Source: an uncultured Bacillota bacterium (GTDB taxonomy: Bacteria; Sysuimicrobiota; Sysuimicrobiia; Sysuimicrobiales; Segetimicrobiaceae). From it: 64,000 nucleotides of DNA. The position numbers and the translations under genes are program-made. This document shows positions 20,880 through 28,997 of the stretch, piece by piece. The notes beneath the pieces were generated by a model. That model was given only the letters and a program-made list of their open reading frames with translations. It did no database searches and was not told the origin of the DNA. The stretch spans positions 288,001 to 352,000 of the forward strand of contig CAWDRG010000005.1 in the NCBI GenBank assembly GCA_963804645.1. Reading direction: 5' to 3'. Positions within the stretch are counted from its first letter, which is position 1, and each line of letters opens with the position of its first letter.

Positions 20880-21848
20880 TAGCCATCCCATGACTTGCGC
20901 CCCGTGGTTCGGCGGTGTGCGCTCTTGGCGTGGCGCAAGAACCGCTCCAGATCGTTGTTCGTCCGCGGGATCTCGGGGTGCAGAAAACAGGTGAACAGCG
21001 TGTCGCCGAATCCCTGGGTGTACTTTTGGAAGGATTCCGCGAACAGTTCGTGCGCTGGCTGAGTCACCGCGGCCTGTGCGACCGCGGCCATGAGCGTGCG
21101 CACTCCCATCTTCGCCTGCGCCGCAGCATCATGGGGAAGCACGCCAGGGTATTTCTCTGGATCGATGACCCGAGCGAGACCCAGTAACCACGTGTGTTGC
21201 TGCTTGAGCGTGGCGTAGTCAGCGCCGTAGATCTGGTGGCGAGTTGCGATGTGGGTCAGGGTCCGCATCATGGGTACGGGCCGGACCGCAAAGCACCGCT
21301 GCAGGGAGGCGTAGATACGCTCCAGATTCTCATAGGCGCGGATGCCCCCGGGTGCAAGTGGCGGCAGTCCGTTGGATCCCGTCGAGGGAGAGCACCAGCC
21401 CGCCGTTCTGCTCGATTTGGCGGCGCACCGCCTCGACTTGCTGGCCGGCCGTGCACCCGAGAAGTGCGAAGTACGCTTCGTAGAGGCCCTGGACGTGGCG
21501 CGCACTGATGATGACCCCGCGCTGGCCGAGCTCGGCATGGATCTCAGCCCGCGTGCAGTGGTCCACCGTCCGGAGGCGCCCCACCGTGACCAGCACGTCC
21601 ATGCCGTACGTCGAGCCCTTGAGGCTCAAGCCTTCGGCGACGGCGGAGCGGTACACGCGGCGGTCGCAAGCGGCAGTCCAGCATCGATACCCGAGGCTCC
21701 CGGCCCAGAGCACTTCGGACAGGCCGATGATATGTTTGCGCCAGACGGGGTGACTGTACACCAGAGGCGCCCCGCACACCAGACAGGTCCGGCATTCGGG
21801 GCGGAAGTAGACGCGCCGGGGAGCCGCAAACACACGCGCGCACCTCAC
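20880..21848 (-). pseudogene. Unclassified IS transposase, N-terminal and central parts, with frame break/internal deletion near 21373
   Basis: CLVC..C zinc-finger start, YGMDVLVTVGRLR..HTH, GGLVLSLDGIQ, then in another frame IPRTNNDLERFLR...RRTTGRK. GTG overlaps the upstream stop. Confidence 0.75.
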
Positions 21849-22234
21849 GGGCGCTTGCGGATCACCTCCGCAGGATCGAGTTGGGCGGCTTGCCGAAGGC
21901 GCTCCAAGAGACCTTGGAGCTCGACGTCGAGCGCGCGCAGGTGTCGAGCATGCGCCCGCCATCGCCGATACGCGCGGGCCGCTGTGCTGGCCGGACCCGC
22001 CTTGGTCGGCGCCACGGGGAACACGTGCGGCGTGCCCGCACGAAACACTGAGAGGCACCAATAGGGGCCGTGTTTCTTCCCCCGCATGCAGCGGCACCCC
22101 GGCTTCCCGCACACCCGGTAGCGCTTGAACAAAGAGCCGGTCAGAGTCGGCCCGATCGCTAACGCCTCCTCCAAGACAGCGGTTCTCAGGCGGTTCACCG
22201 CTTGCACCTTGGTGCGCAGGGCCTTGGGACCCAT
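21845..22234 (-). CDS. DUF6788-like small IS-associated protein
   Basis: GSL...YRVCGKPGCRC...HGPYW motif, GGAGG RBS, translationally coupled to the transposase. Confidence 0.8.
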   Translation of the reverse strand: MGPKALRTKVQAVNRLRTAVLEEALAIGPTLTGSLFKRYRVCGKPGCRCMRGKKHGPYWCLSVFRAGTPHVFPVAPTKAGPASTAARAYRRWRAHARHLRALDVELQGLLERLRQAAQLDPAEVIRKRP

Positions 22235-22393
22235 CCGCCACCTCCGTCTTCTCTATCTGCCACTAGTATTCCTTTTCATAATGCCAGATCTCAAACCAAA
22301 AAGAAAGGAGCATGCGAAGGAGCGCCGCCGAGCACTCCAGTCACCTGCTCCAGTGCCTGTCTATGGCCGTGATGCTACTTTTGCCATTATGGA

Positions 22394-22525
22394 AAAAAAA
22401 CGGCGCGCGTCCCCACCGTGCCGCAGGTGCGGGCCCAGCTCCAGTACGTCCTGAAAACCTGGACCGGTCGCTGCAGCGTCTGCGGTCACCTCGTGCGCCG
22501 TCCGACCAAGAATGACCCATCTTAG
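22394..22525 (+). pseudogene. IS701 transposase C-terminal tail
   Basis: KKTARVPTVPQVRAQLQYVLKTWTGRCSVCGH...stop continues LRPLGS from the 14652 junction. Confidence 0.8.
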
Positions 22526-22536
22526 ATGTGACTTTG

Positions 22537-24394
22537 GTCGAGTAGGACCAGCGATCGCTCGCTGGGACCCCTCTGCCGAACGGCTCGTACGGATCTCCCG
22601 TAAGCCGCTCTACCCCATGCCGACTCGTGAGTCATCAGGAATATATCCGAAGAGAGTGGAGCCCCAGACGGCGGTAGAAGAATGTTTCAGAGTATCGCCG
22701 CCAGTTCGCCGTGCGCCAGCGTTTGGCCATGAAGGCCCGCAGCCTCCGAAGGATCCAGCGGTCCAGCGGCCTCCCGATCCGTCGCAAGTCGCCAATCCGG
22801 AAGAATCGTCCCCAACCGCGGAGCACTGGATTTAGCAGCGCCACGATCTCGTCCGCCCGACGCGGTTGGTTACGCCGCGTAAGATGACGGACCTTGTCCC
22901 GGAGCCGCTGTATTGCTCGCGCCCGTGGCTGTAGGTGCAGTCCCTCCTCATCGCGCCAGAAGCGGAATCCAAGGAACTCAAATCCTTCCGTAATGTGAAC
23001 GACCCGCGTCTTCGCAGGATGCAGTCGCAGTCCCAACTGCCCCTCCAGAATCTGGTGGACCTGCTCCAAGGCCGCCTCGGCGTCCTCGCGCGTTCGGCAC
23101 ACGATGACACTGTCATCAGCATACCGGACCGCGCGATGTCCTGCCGCGAGCATCTGATGATCGAAGGTGTTCAGAAACGCATTACTGAGCAGCGGCGAAA
23201 CTACACCCCCTTGCGGGGTGCCCGCTACCAGGGTACGCTTCTTGCCCTCCTCCATCACCCCGGCCTGGAGAAACGCCTGCACGAGCCGGAGAATCCGCCC
23301 ATCCGCCACCACCTCGGCGACTGCGGCCAGCAGCCGCGCATGGGACGCGGTGTCGAAAAACTGTTCAATATCGATTTCGACAATCCACTCGCCCCCGTGA
23401 TGCAGGCTCGCCATCACATCGCCAATGGCCTGATGCGCTGACCGTCCTGGACGAAACCCGTAACTGGTCTCCGCAAACCGCGGCTCAAAGTGCGGTTCCA
23501 GCCGCAGACGCATCGCCTGCGCCACGACGCGATCTCGTACAGCAGGGATCGCGAGGCCGCGACGACGTCCATCGGGTTTGGGAATGTAGACGCGACGCCC
23601 GGGCTGGGGCACATAGGCATCGTCCTTGAGGGCCGCCTGGAGTCCTTGCAACTCCTCATCCAAGTGTGCCTCAAATGCCTCAAGGCTCTGACCATCCACG
23701 CCCCACGTCCCGTGGTTCGCCTTGACCAGCGTCCAGGCCCGCCGCAGATTCGGCAGGTACCAGACCTTGTCGATGAGCGAGCCGACCTTGATCGGATGCA
23801 CGTCCTCCGCCACTCCTCCTCCTTCCTGACCAGAGTCCTGTTGGTCGGGGTCTGCACCGGTCGCGGCTCGGGAGCTGCTCATGACAGAGATCCCTTACCC
23901 CGCGCTCGTCAAGCCGATCCCGCCTTCAGGCCACCAAGCATGGAGCGGGTCCCTTCGCTCTGCCAGGTTTCCCTGACCTCATCGCTACGTCTGGACCCGT
24001 CCGACTCCTGAACGTGCATCGGGTTGGCTTTTCCCCTTCCGGGTTATACCGTCCCTACCTGTCCGCGCAGGACCGAACCCTACTCGCGACAGGACACGCT
24101 CAGGCCTCCCCGGGTCATGCTGCTCTCTGTCCCACCATGCTGCCCGCACCCACGACTGATCCCCCCTGGTCTTCTCTGGATGCCCCTTCCTCCAGTACTA
24201 GCAGAGTCGGGCCTCCAGGGGTTCGCGCCGACCGGTTCGCCTGGCTTCGACAGCCTCGGCTGCGGCCTGGTGGTTTGCCTCAGGTCCTTCAGATTCCGCC
24301 TCGCGACGGACACCCTACCCTTTTCGGCTACGGTCCGCATCCAGCTGGACCGGCAGGTCTTTCACCTGCGAGAGAACAGCACTGCCGGGCACAC
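22537..24394 (-). mobile_element. Group II intron 2 (1858 nt) inserted in the IS701 right TIR
   Basis: 5' GTGTGCCCGG and 3' CCTACTCGAC. Domain V GAGCGGCTTACGGGAGATCCGTACGAGCCGTTC at 22610-22578. Bulged A at -7. Removal restores the TIR. Confidence 0.93.
22635..23813 (-). CDS. ltrA: Group II intron reverse transcriptase/maturase, no endonuclease domain
   Basis: SLIDKV, GVDG, LAIPAVRDR, SYGFRPGRS, GTPQGGVVSPLLSN, RYADD and LNPVLRGW motifs. GTG start after GGAGGAGG (open frame extends to 23882). Confidence 0.93.
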   Translation of the reverse strand: MAEDVHPIKVGSLIDKVWYLPNLRRAWTLVKANHGTWGVDGQSLEAFEAHLDEELQGLQAALKDDAYVPQPGRRVYIPKPDGRRRGLAIPAVRDRVVAQAMRLRLEPHFEPRFAETSYGFRPGRSAHQAIGDVMASLHHGGEWIVEIDIEQFFDTASHARLLAAVAEVVADGRILRLVQAFLQAGVMEEGKKRTLVAGTPQGGVVSPLLSNAFLNTFDHQMLAAGHRAVRYADDSVIVCRTREDAEAALEQVHQILEGQLGLRLHPAKTRVVHITEGFEFLGFRFWRDEEGLHLQPRARAIQRLRDKVRHLTRRNQPRRADEIVALLNPVLRGWGRFFRIGDLRRIGRPLDRWILRRLRAFMAKRWRTANWRRYSETFFYRRLGLHSLRIYS

Positions 24395-24399
24395 TAGTA

Positions 24400-25788
24400 C
24401 TAGGGTTTGGCGGGCGCGGACGGCGTGACGGTCGACGGCGCGTGGCTCGGCGTGATCGTCGAGCCGGGGCGTGTGGCCGGCGCCGCGCTGCCGGCGGGCG
24501 GCTGCAGGCCGAGAAAATCCTTAATCGGCTGCGGGAAGCTATCCAGCACCCCGGCCGCGAGCGTGTACTGGAGTCCGAGCGCGCGGTTCACCGCGACCCA
24601 CCCGTTGTACTGTTTGTAAAACTGCACCGTGAATCTCGCGTCGGCGCCGCCGTCGGTCTGCACCTCGAACGCCGGGGCGGCCGCGAACGAGGACGTCAGC
24701 GCCTGCACGCGGTCCGCGTCCATCAGGTTCACCGACGAAAACATGTCGGAGACGTTCTGATCGCTCAGGTCGCTCCCGGTAAACCCCGGGCCCTGACGGC
24801 GGACCTCGAGGGTCTTCCCGTTCCGGCGCCACGTGAACACGGTCAAGTCTTGAGGATTGTACGGCAGCACGTGGGTGCTGACGAGCGAGATCGGCGCGGG
24901 GGTCATCCGCCCGTCGAGGTCCGCGTCGAGCTCCATCACCGTGCGGCCGCCGGCGACCATCGCGTACGTCACCTTCGGCCCCTTCGCGAACAGCATCCGC
25001 AGGGGCTCCGGACGCCCCTTCATCGTGAGATCGAGCGTGACGTCCGGATGATCCAGCCCGTAGGGGGCCAGGTCGGTCACGCCGTCATGGAACACCTTGC
25101 CGTCGGAGGTGGTGAGCGGGAAGAACAGATCCGTGACCTTGAAATCGTCGGCCGGCCACGGCCGGCTCCCCTCGATGCGCCAGCGGTCGGGGCCGGTGCG
25201 GTCCACGACCAGCGATTCCGTCGGCGACGTGATGCGCACCTGCTGGACGTCGGCGTTCGCGAAGTCCGCGAGGGTCTTCTGGCGGAGGTCCGCGGCGGTC
25301 TTCGTCAGCCCATCCTTCGCGGTGCTGTCGACGACGTACAGCGAGGTGCCGGGGTCGAGCTTGGCGTAGAGCGCGTTGCCGACCGGCGACGGCTTCCCGA
25401 GCTCCACGGTCACCGATCGCCCGCCGGAAGTGCGCAGCGTCACGCGCACGGTCGGCCGGTCGAGGCCGTACGCCGCGAGATCGGTCGCGCCGCTGAGCGT
25501 CCGCTGGGGCACGATCCCGGTGACCGCGTCGAGGAAGTCCGAGACCGACAAGGAGGCCGCTGGGGTCTGAATCGGACGCGTGATCTGCCAGTGCGTGGGG
25601 TCGGTGCGTGACAGTTCGACCGTCTGGTTTGCGGTCGTGATCGTGATTCCGGTGATGTCGGCCTTCTTGAGCTGCACCAGATGGCTCGCCAGTTCCGCCC
25701 GCTGCGCCTGCGGCCGGTCCACCGCGAAGATGTACGCGGCGATCACCACCACGAGGCCGGCGAGGATGAGCGTCGCGCGGGGGGTCAC
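24400..25788 (-). CDS. DUF4340-type membrane-anchored protein
   Basis: N-terminal TM and repeated LAAYGLDRP/LAPYGLDHP motifs; last gene of a Gld-type operon. Confidence 0.82.
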   Translation of the reverse strand: MTPRATLILAGLVVVIAAYIFAVDRPQAQRAELASHLVQLKKADITGITITTANQTVELSRTDPTHWQITRPIQTPAASLSVSDFLDAVTGIVPQRTLSGATDLAAYGLDRPTVRVTLRTSGGRSVTVELGKPSPVGNALYAKLDPGTSLYVVDSTAKDGLTKTAADLRQKTLADFANADVQQVRITSPTESLVVDRTGPDRWRIEGSRPWPADDFKVTDLFFPLTTSDGKVFHDGVTDLAPYGLDHPDVTLDLTMKGRPEPLRMLFAKGPKVTYAMVAGGRTVMELDADLDGRMTPAPISLVSTHVLPYNPQDLTVFTWRRNGKTLEVRRQGPGFTGSDLSDQNVSDMFSSVNLMDADRVQALTSSFAAAPAFEVQTDGGADARFTVQFYKQYNGWVAVNRALGLQYTLAAGVLDSFPQPIKDFLGLQPPAGSAAPATRPGSTITPSHAPSTVTPSAPAKP

Positions 25789-27173
25789 AGGGCGCGCCTC
25801 TGGAAGTAGATCGTTCCGCCCGCGAACAGCAGGACGAGCGGCAGCACGATCACGCTCCCGATGAACAGATACCGTCCCTGCGGGCCGGAGATGATGAACG
25901 GGTCGAACGGCGACGTCCGCGGCGCGATGCTGACCAGATCGCCCGATTGGGTCAGCCAGGCGACCGCACTGACGAACAGATCGCGGTTCCCCACGAGGCC
26001 GATCGCCGTGTTCTTGATGAAGCTGCTGTTGCCGAACAGCACCGCGGAGCCCTTCGGAATCGGGGCCGACGCCGGCTTCGGGGCCGGCGGCTTCCCGGGA
26101 GCCGGTGTGGGGGCTGGCGGAGGCGTGCCCGGCGTCACCTCGACCGCGAGCACCGCCGGGCCCTTCACGTCACCCGGCTGGAACCCGGGATCCTTGGATT
26201 CGAGGTTCACCTTCACGTAGCTCTGGTCGGAGCTCTTCACCACCGGCGTCAGGGTCACGGTCGCCGCCTTCGGGTCGGGCACAAGCGGCGTCGCGACCGG
26301 GAACGCCGTGGCGAGGTTGAAGTTCGCCGTAATGTCGTTCGGCGGGTACTGGGCCGCGATCGGCACCGCGAGGTCGCCGCCGAGCAGGCGGGACACCGGG
26401 TCCAGCACGATCCCGCCGGGGGCACTCACGTGGAACGCCGTCGCGAGCCACGCCCGCGTCGCCGCCGGCGTCTGCGGGTCGACCATGATCAGCAGCTTCC
26501 CGCCGCCCCGGTAGTACGCGTCGAGCGCGGCCTCTTCTTGCGGGAGAAGATCCTTCGAAGGCGACGGGAGGATCACCGCGGACGCGTTCGCCGGAATCCG
26601 GCCGGTCTGGACCAGCACCAGCCCCTGCACGTCGTAGCCTTTGTCCGTCAGCGCCTGCTTGGCGGTCCCCATGCCGGTCCGCGTGAAGTCGTCGAGCGCG
26701 ACCTCGCCCTCGCCCTGGATGACGTAGACGGTCTTCTTGGCGGTCTGCAGCACATGGAGCAGGCCGTTCGTCAGGTTCGTCTCACTGTCGTCATCGGCCG
26801 TGTACGAGGCCGACCCGTGCTGGAACACGACCTGCCCGTACGTGGCGATGTGGTACTGCTGCGCCTGGGCGGGGCTGCGGTCGGGATCCACGATGCGGTA
26901 CTGGAAGTCCTTGTTGTAGTACTGGTAGGTCTGCAGCATCTGGATGTACGATGGCGCCGAGTCCGCGCTCGGGAACGCGATCACCTGGACCGGGCCGGGG
27001 AGCGTCTGGAGGACCTTGATCGTCTGGGGTGCGAGCGAGTGCGACCGCGTCGCGGTCAGATCCCAGCGCACGTGGTGCTCCGCCGCCAGATAATTGAGCC
27101 CGACGAGCAGCGCGGCGACCAGCACCGCCGAGACCAGTGCGTTGGTCGTCAACAGGGCGTTGCGGCGCTTCAT
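25785..27173 (-). CDS. GldG-family ABC transporter auxiliary protein
   Basis: RWDLTATRSHSLAPQT, VYVIQGEGE, GGKLLIMVDP and GNRDLF motifs. Confidence 0.85.
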   Translation of the reverse strand: MKRRNALLTTNALVSAVLVAALLVGLNYLAAEHHVRWDLTATRSHSLAPQTIKVLQTLPGPVQVIAFPSADSAPSYIQMLQTYQYYNKDFQYRIVDPDRSPAQAQQYHIATYGQVVFQHGSASYTADDDSETNLTNGLLHVLQTAKKTVYVIQGEGEVALDDFTRTGMGTAKQALTDKGYDVQGLVLVQTGRIPANASAVILPSPSKDLLPQEEAALDAYYRGGGKLLIMVDPQTPAATRAWLATAFHVSAPGGIVLDPVSRLLGGDLAVPIAAQYPPNDITANFNLATAFPVATPLVPDPKAATVTLTPVVKSSDQSYVKVNLESKDPGFQPGDVKGPAVLAVEVTPGTPPPAPTPAPGKPPAPKPASAPIPKGSAVLFGNSSFIKNTAIGLVGNRDLFVSAVAWLTQSGDLVSIAPRTSPFDPFIISGPQGRYLFIGSVIVLPLVLLFAGGTIYFQRRAL

Positions 27174-27177
27174 CCCG

Positions 27178-27939
27178 CTACCTCCACTTTCGCGACTCGA
27201 GCGCGAGCACGCCGAGGAACACGAAGAACGCGGCGATACTCAGGAAGAAGACGATGTCCTGGGTGTCCACGACCCCGCTCGCCAGATTGCTGAAGTGGGT
27301 CGAGAACGACAGCGACGACAGCAGCTGCTGCGCGCCCGACCCCGACGCCTGCTGGGCGAACCCCAGCACCCAGAACAGCAGCAGCAGCGCGAACCCGATC
27401 GCCGCCGAGACGATCTGGTTCTCGTTGAGGGTGGAGGCGAACAGCCCGATCGCGATGAACGCGCAGCCGAGCAGCAGCAGGCCGATGTACGTCGCGGCCA
27501 GCAGCCCCCAGTCGAGCCGCCCCATCGTCGCGAGCGCCAGCGGCATGTAGGTGCTGATCGCCAGCAGCACGATGAACAGCACCAGCCCCGCGAGGTACTT
27601 ACCCAAGATGATCGCGGTGCTGGTCACGGGGGACGTCAGGAGGAGCTCCATCGTGTGCGCCCGGTCCTCCTCGGACACGAGGCGCATCGTAAAGATCGGC
27701 ACGAGCAGGATCAGCACAAAGCTCGCATCCTGGAACAAGGGCGAGAAGATGATCCGCGTCGGGTCAAAGTCCGCCGGCGGCGGCCCCTGCAGCTGCAGCA
27801 CCTGCCCGGTGTAAACGCCGATCAGGGCATAGAACAAGAACCCGACGACCAAGAAGAACATCGCGAGCGCCACGTAGGCGATCGGCGACGTAAACAGCTG
27901 CTTCAGCTCCTTGCGGGCGATCACCAACGTGCCGCTCAT
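27178..27939 (-). CDS. GldF-like ABC-2 permease
   Basis: IARKELKQLFTSPIAY, MRLVSEEDR...ELLLTSPV and ILGKY motifs. Confidence 0.88.
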   Translation of the reverse strand: MSGTLVIARKELKQLFTSPIAYVALAMFFLVVGFLFYALIGVYTGQVLQLQGPPPADFDPTRIIFSPLFQDASFVLILLVPIFTMRLVSEEDRAHTMELLLTSPVTSTAIILGKYLAGLVLFIVLLAISTYMPLALATMGRLDWGLLAATYIGLLLLGCAFIAIGLFASTLNENQIVSAAIGFALLLLFWVLGFAQQASGSGAQQLLSSLSFSTHFSNLASGVVDTQDIVFFLSIAAFFVFLGVLALESRKWR

Positions 27940-28907
27940 GCCGGTGCCTCCGCATCCGCCGCCTGCGCGTCGGCCGGCTCCTCGTGCGTCACCAGCTTCA
28001 GGAAGACGTCCTCGAGGCTCATCGCGAGGGGGCGCAGTTCCAAGAGGCCGACGCCGACGTCGACCACGACGCGCCCGATCTCCTCGCGCACGTCCTTCCC
28101 GAGCTCGGCCTCCACGATCAGCTCCCCTTCGCCCGCGGCGGAGACGCGCAGCACCCCGGGGATCTGCGCGAGGCGTGCGGCGAGGTCTCCGCTCGCGCGC
28201 TCCGTCCGGACGAGCGTGCGCTCCGAACTCCGGAGGCGGCCCGCGAGCTCCGCGTACGTGTCGACCGCCACGATCACGCCTTCATTAATAATCACCACGC
28301 GGTCGCAGACCGCGGTGGCCTCGGGCAGAATGTGGGTGCTCAAAATGATGGTGTGGTTGCCCTTGAGGTTCCGAATCACGTTGCGGATCTCCACGATCTG
28401 ACGGGGATCCATCGCCGACGTCGGCTCGTCGAGAATCAGCACCGCGGGATCGTGCACGATCGCCTGCGCCAGCCCCACCCGCTGCCGGTAGCCGCGGGAC
28501 AGGTTGCGAATCAGCCGGTCGGCGACGTCGTCGACCGCGCAGAGCTGTGTGGCCCGGTCCACCGCGTCCCCGACTTTCCGGCGCTCGACCCCTTTCAGCC
28601 GGGCGACAAATCCCAAATACTCCCGGACCGTGAAATCATCGTACAGCGGAGCGGTCTCGGGCAGGTAGCCGAGGTGGCGCTTCGCCTCGAGCGGCTTCTC
28701 GACCATGTCGAACCCCGCCACGGTCGCCCGCCCCGACGTCGGCGCGAGGAACCCCGTGAGGATGCGCATCGTGGTCGTCTTCCCCGCCCCGTTCGGTCCG
28801 AGAAATCCCAGAATTTCGCCTTCGCGCGCCTCGAACGAGACGTCGCGAATGGCCCAGCGCTCTCCGTAGTTGCGGGAGAGCGAATCGGCCTGAATCACCC
28901 ACACCAC
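27936..28907 (-). CDS. GldA-like ABC transporter ATP-binding protein
   Basis: GPNGAGKTT Walker A, LSRGYRQR signature, LILDEPT Walker B. Confidence 0.92.
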   Translation of the reverse strand: MVWVIQADSLSRNYGERWAIRDVSFEAREGEILGFLGPNGAGKTTTMRILTGFLAPTSGRATVAGFDMVEKPLEAKRHLGYLPETAPLYDDFTVREYLGFVARLKGVERRKVGDAVDRATQLCAVDDVADRLIRNLSRGYRQRVGLAQAIVHDPAVLILDEPTSAMDPRQIVEIRNVIRNLKGNHTIILSTHILPEATAVCDRVVIINEGVIVAVDTYAELAGRLRSSERTLVRTERASGDLAARLAQIPGVLRVSAAGEGELIVEAELGKDVREEIGRVVVDVGVGLLELRPLAMSLEDVFLKLVTHEEPADAQAADAEAPA

Positions 28908-28997
28908 TCCCTTCCACGCAGACAGCCTCTATCGTACTTGGGTGCGCGATCGGATGCAAGCGCAGGGAGGCCGTTCGCCTGCCCCGAACGTGTTGCC

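Larger units (their letters stand above)
17927..22392 (-). mobile_element. Unclassified (ISNCY-like) two-ORF insertion sequence with perfect 22-bp TIRs
   Basis: CCATAATGGCAAAAGTAGCATC at 17927-17948 and its exact reverse complement at 22371-22392, flanked by A7 and A8 tracts. The IS701 transposase frame resumes just after it. Confidence 0.88.
13326..24399 (+). mobile_element. IS701-family insertion sequence (about 1.47 kb when reconstructed), host of five nested insertions
   Basis: CTAG duplication at 13322-13325 and 24400-24403. TIR TACTACAAAGTCAC at 13326-13339. Right TIR GTGACTTTG (22528-22536) + TAGTA (24395-24399) is split by an intron. Confidence 0.9.

Noticed and set aside
14876..23882. 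The two reverse transcriptases as retron, DGR or CRISPR-associated RTs
   Set aside because: Both lie inside ribozymes with domains V and VI and precise exon junctions; no TR/VR pair, msr-msd or cas genes are present.
24400..28907. Gld-like operon as evidence of gliding motility
   Set aside because: GldA/F/G-like ABC systems are widespread in non-gliding bacteria, and no motor or T9SS genes are seen.
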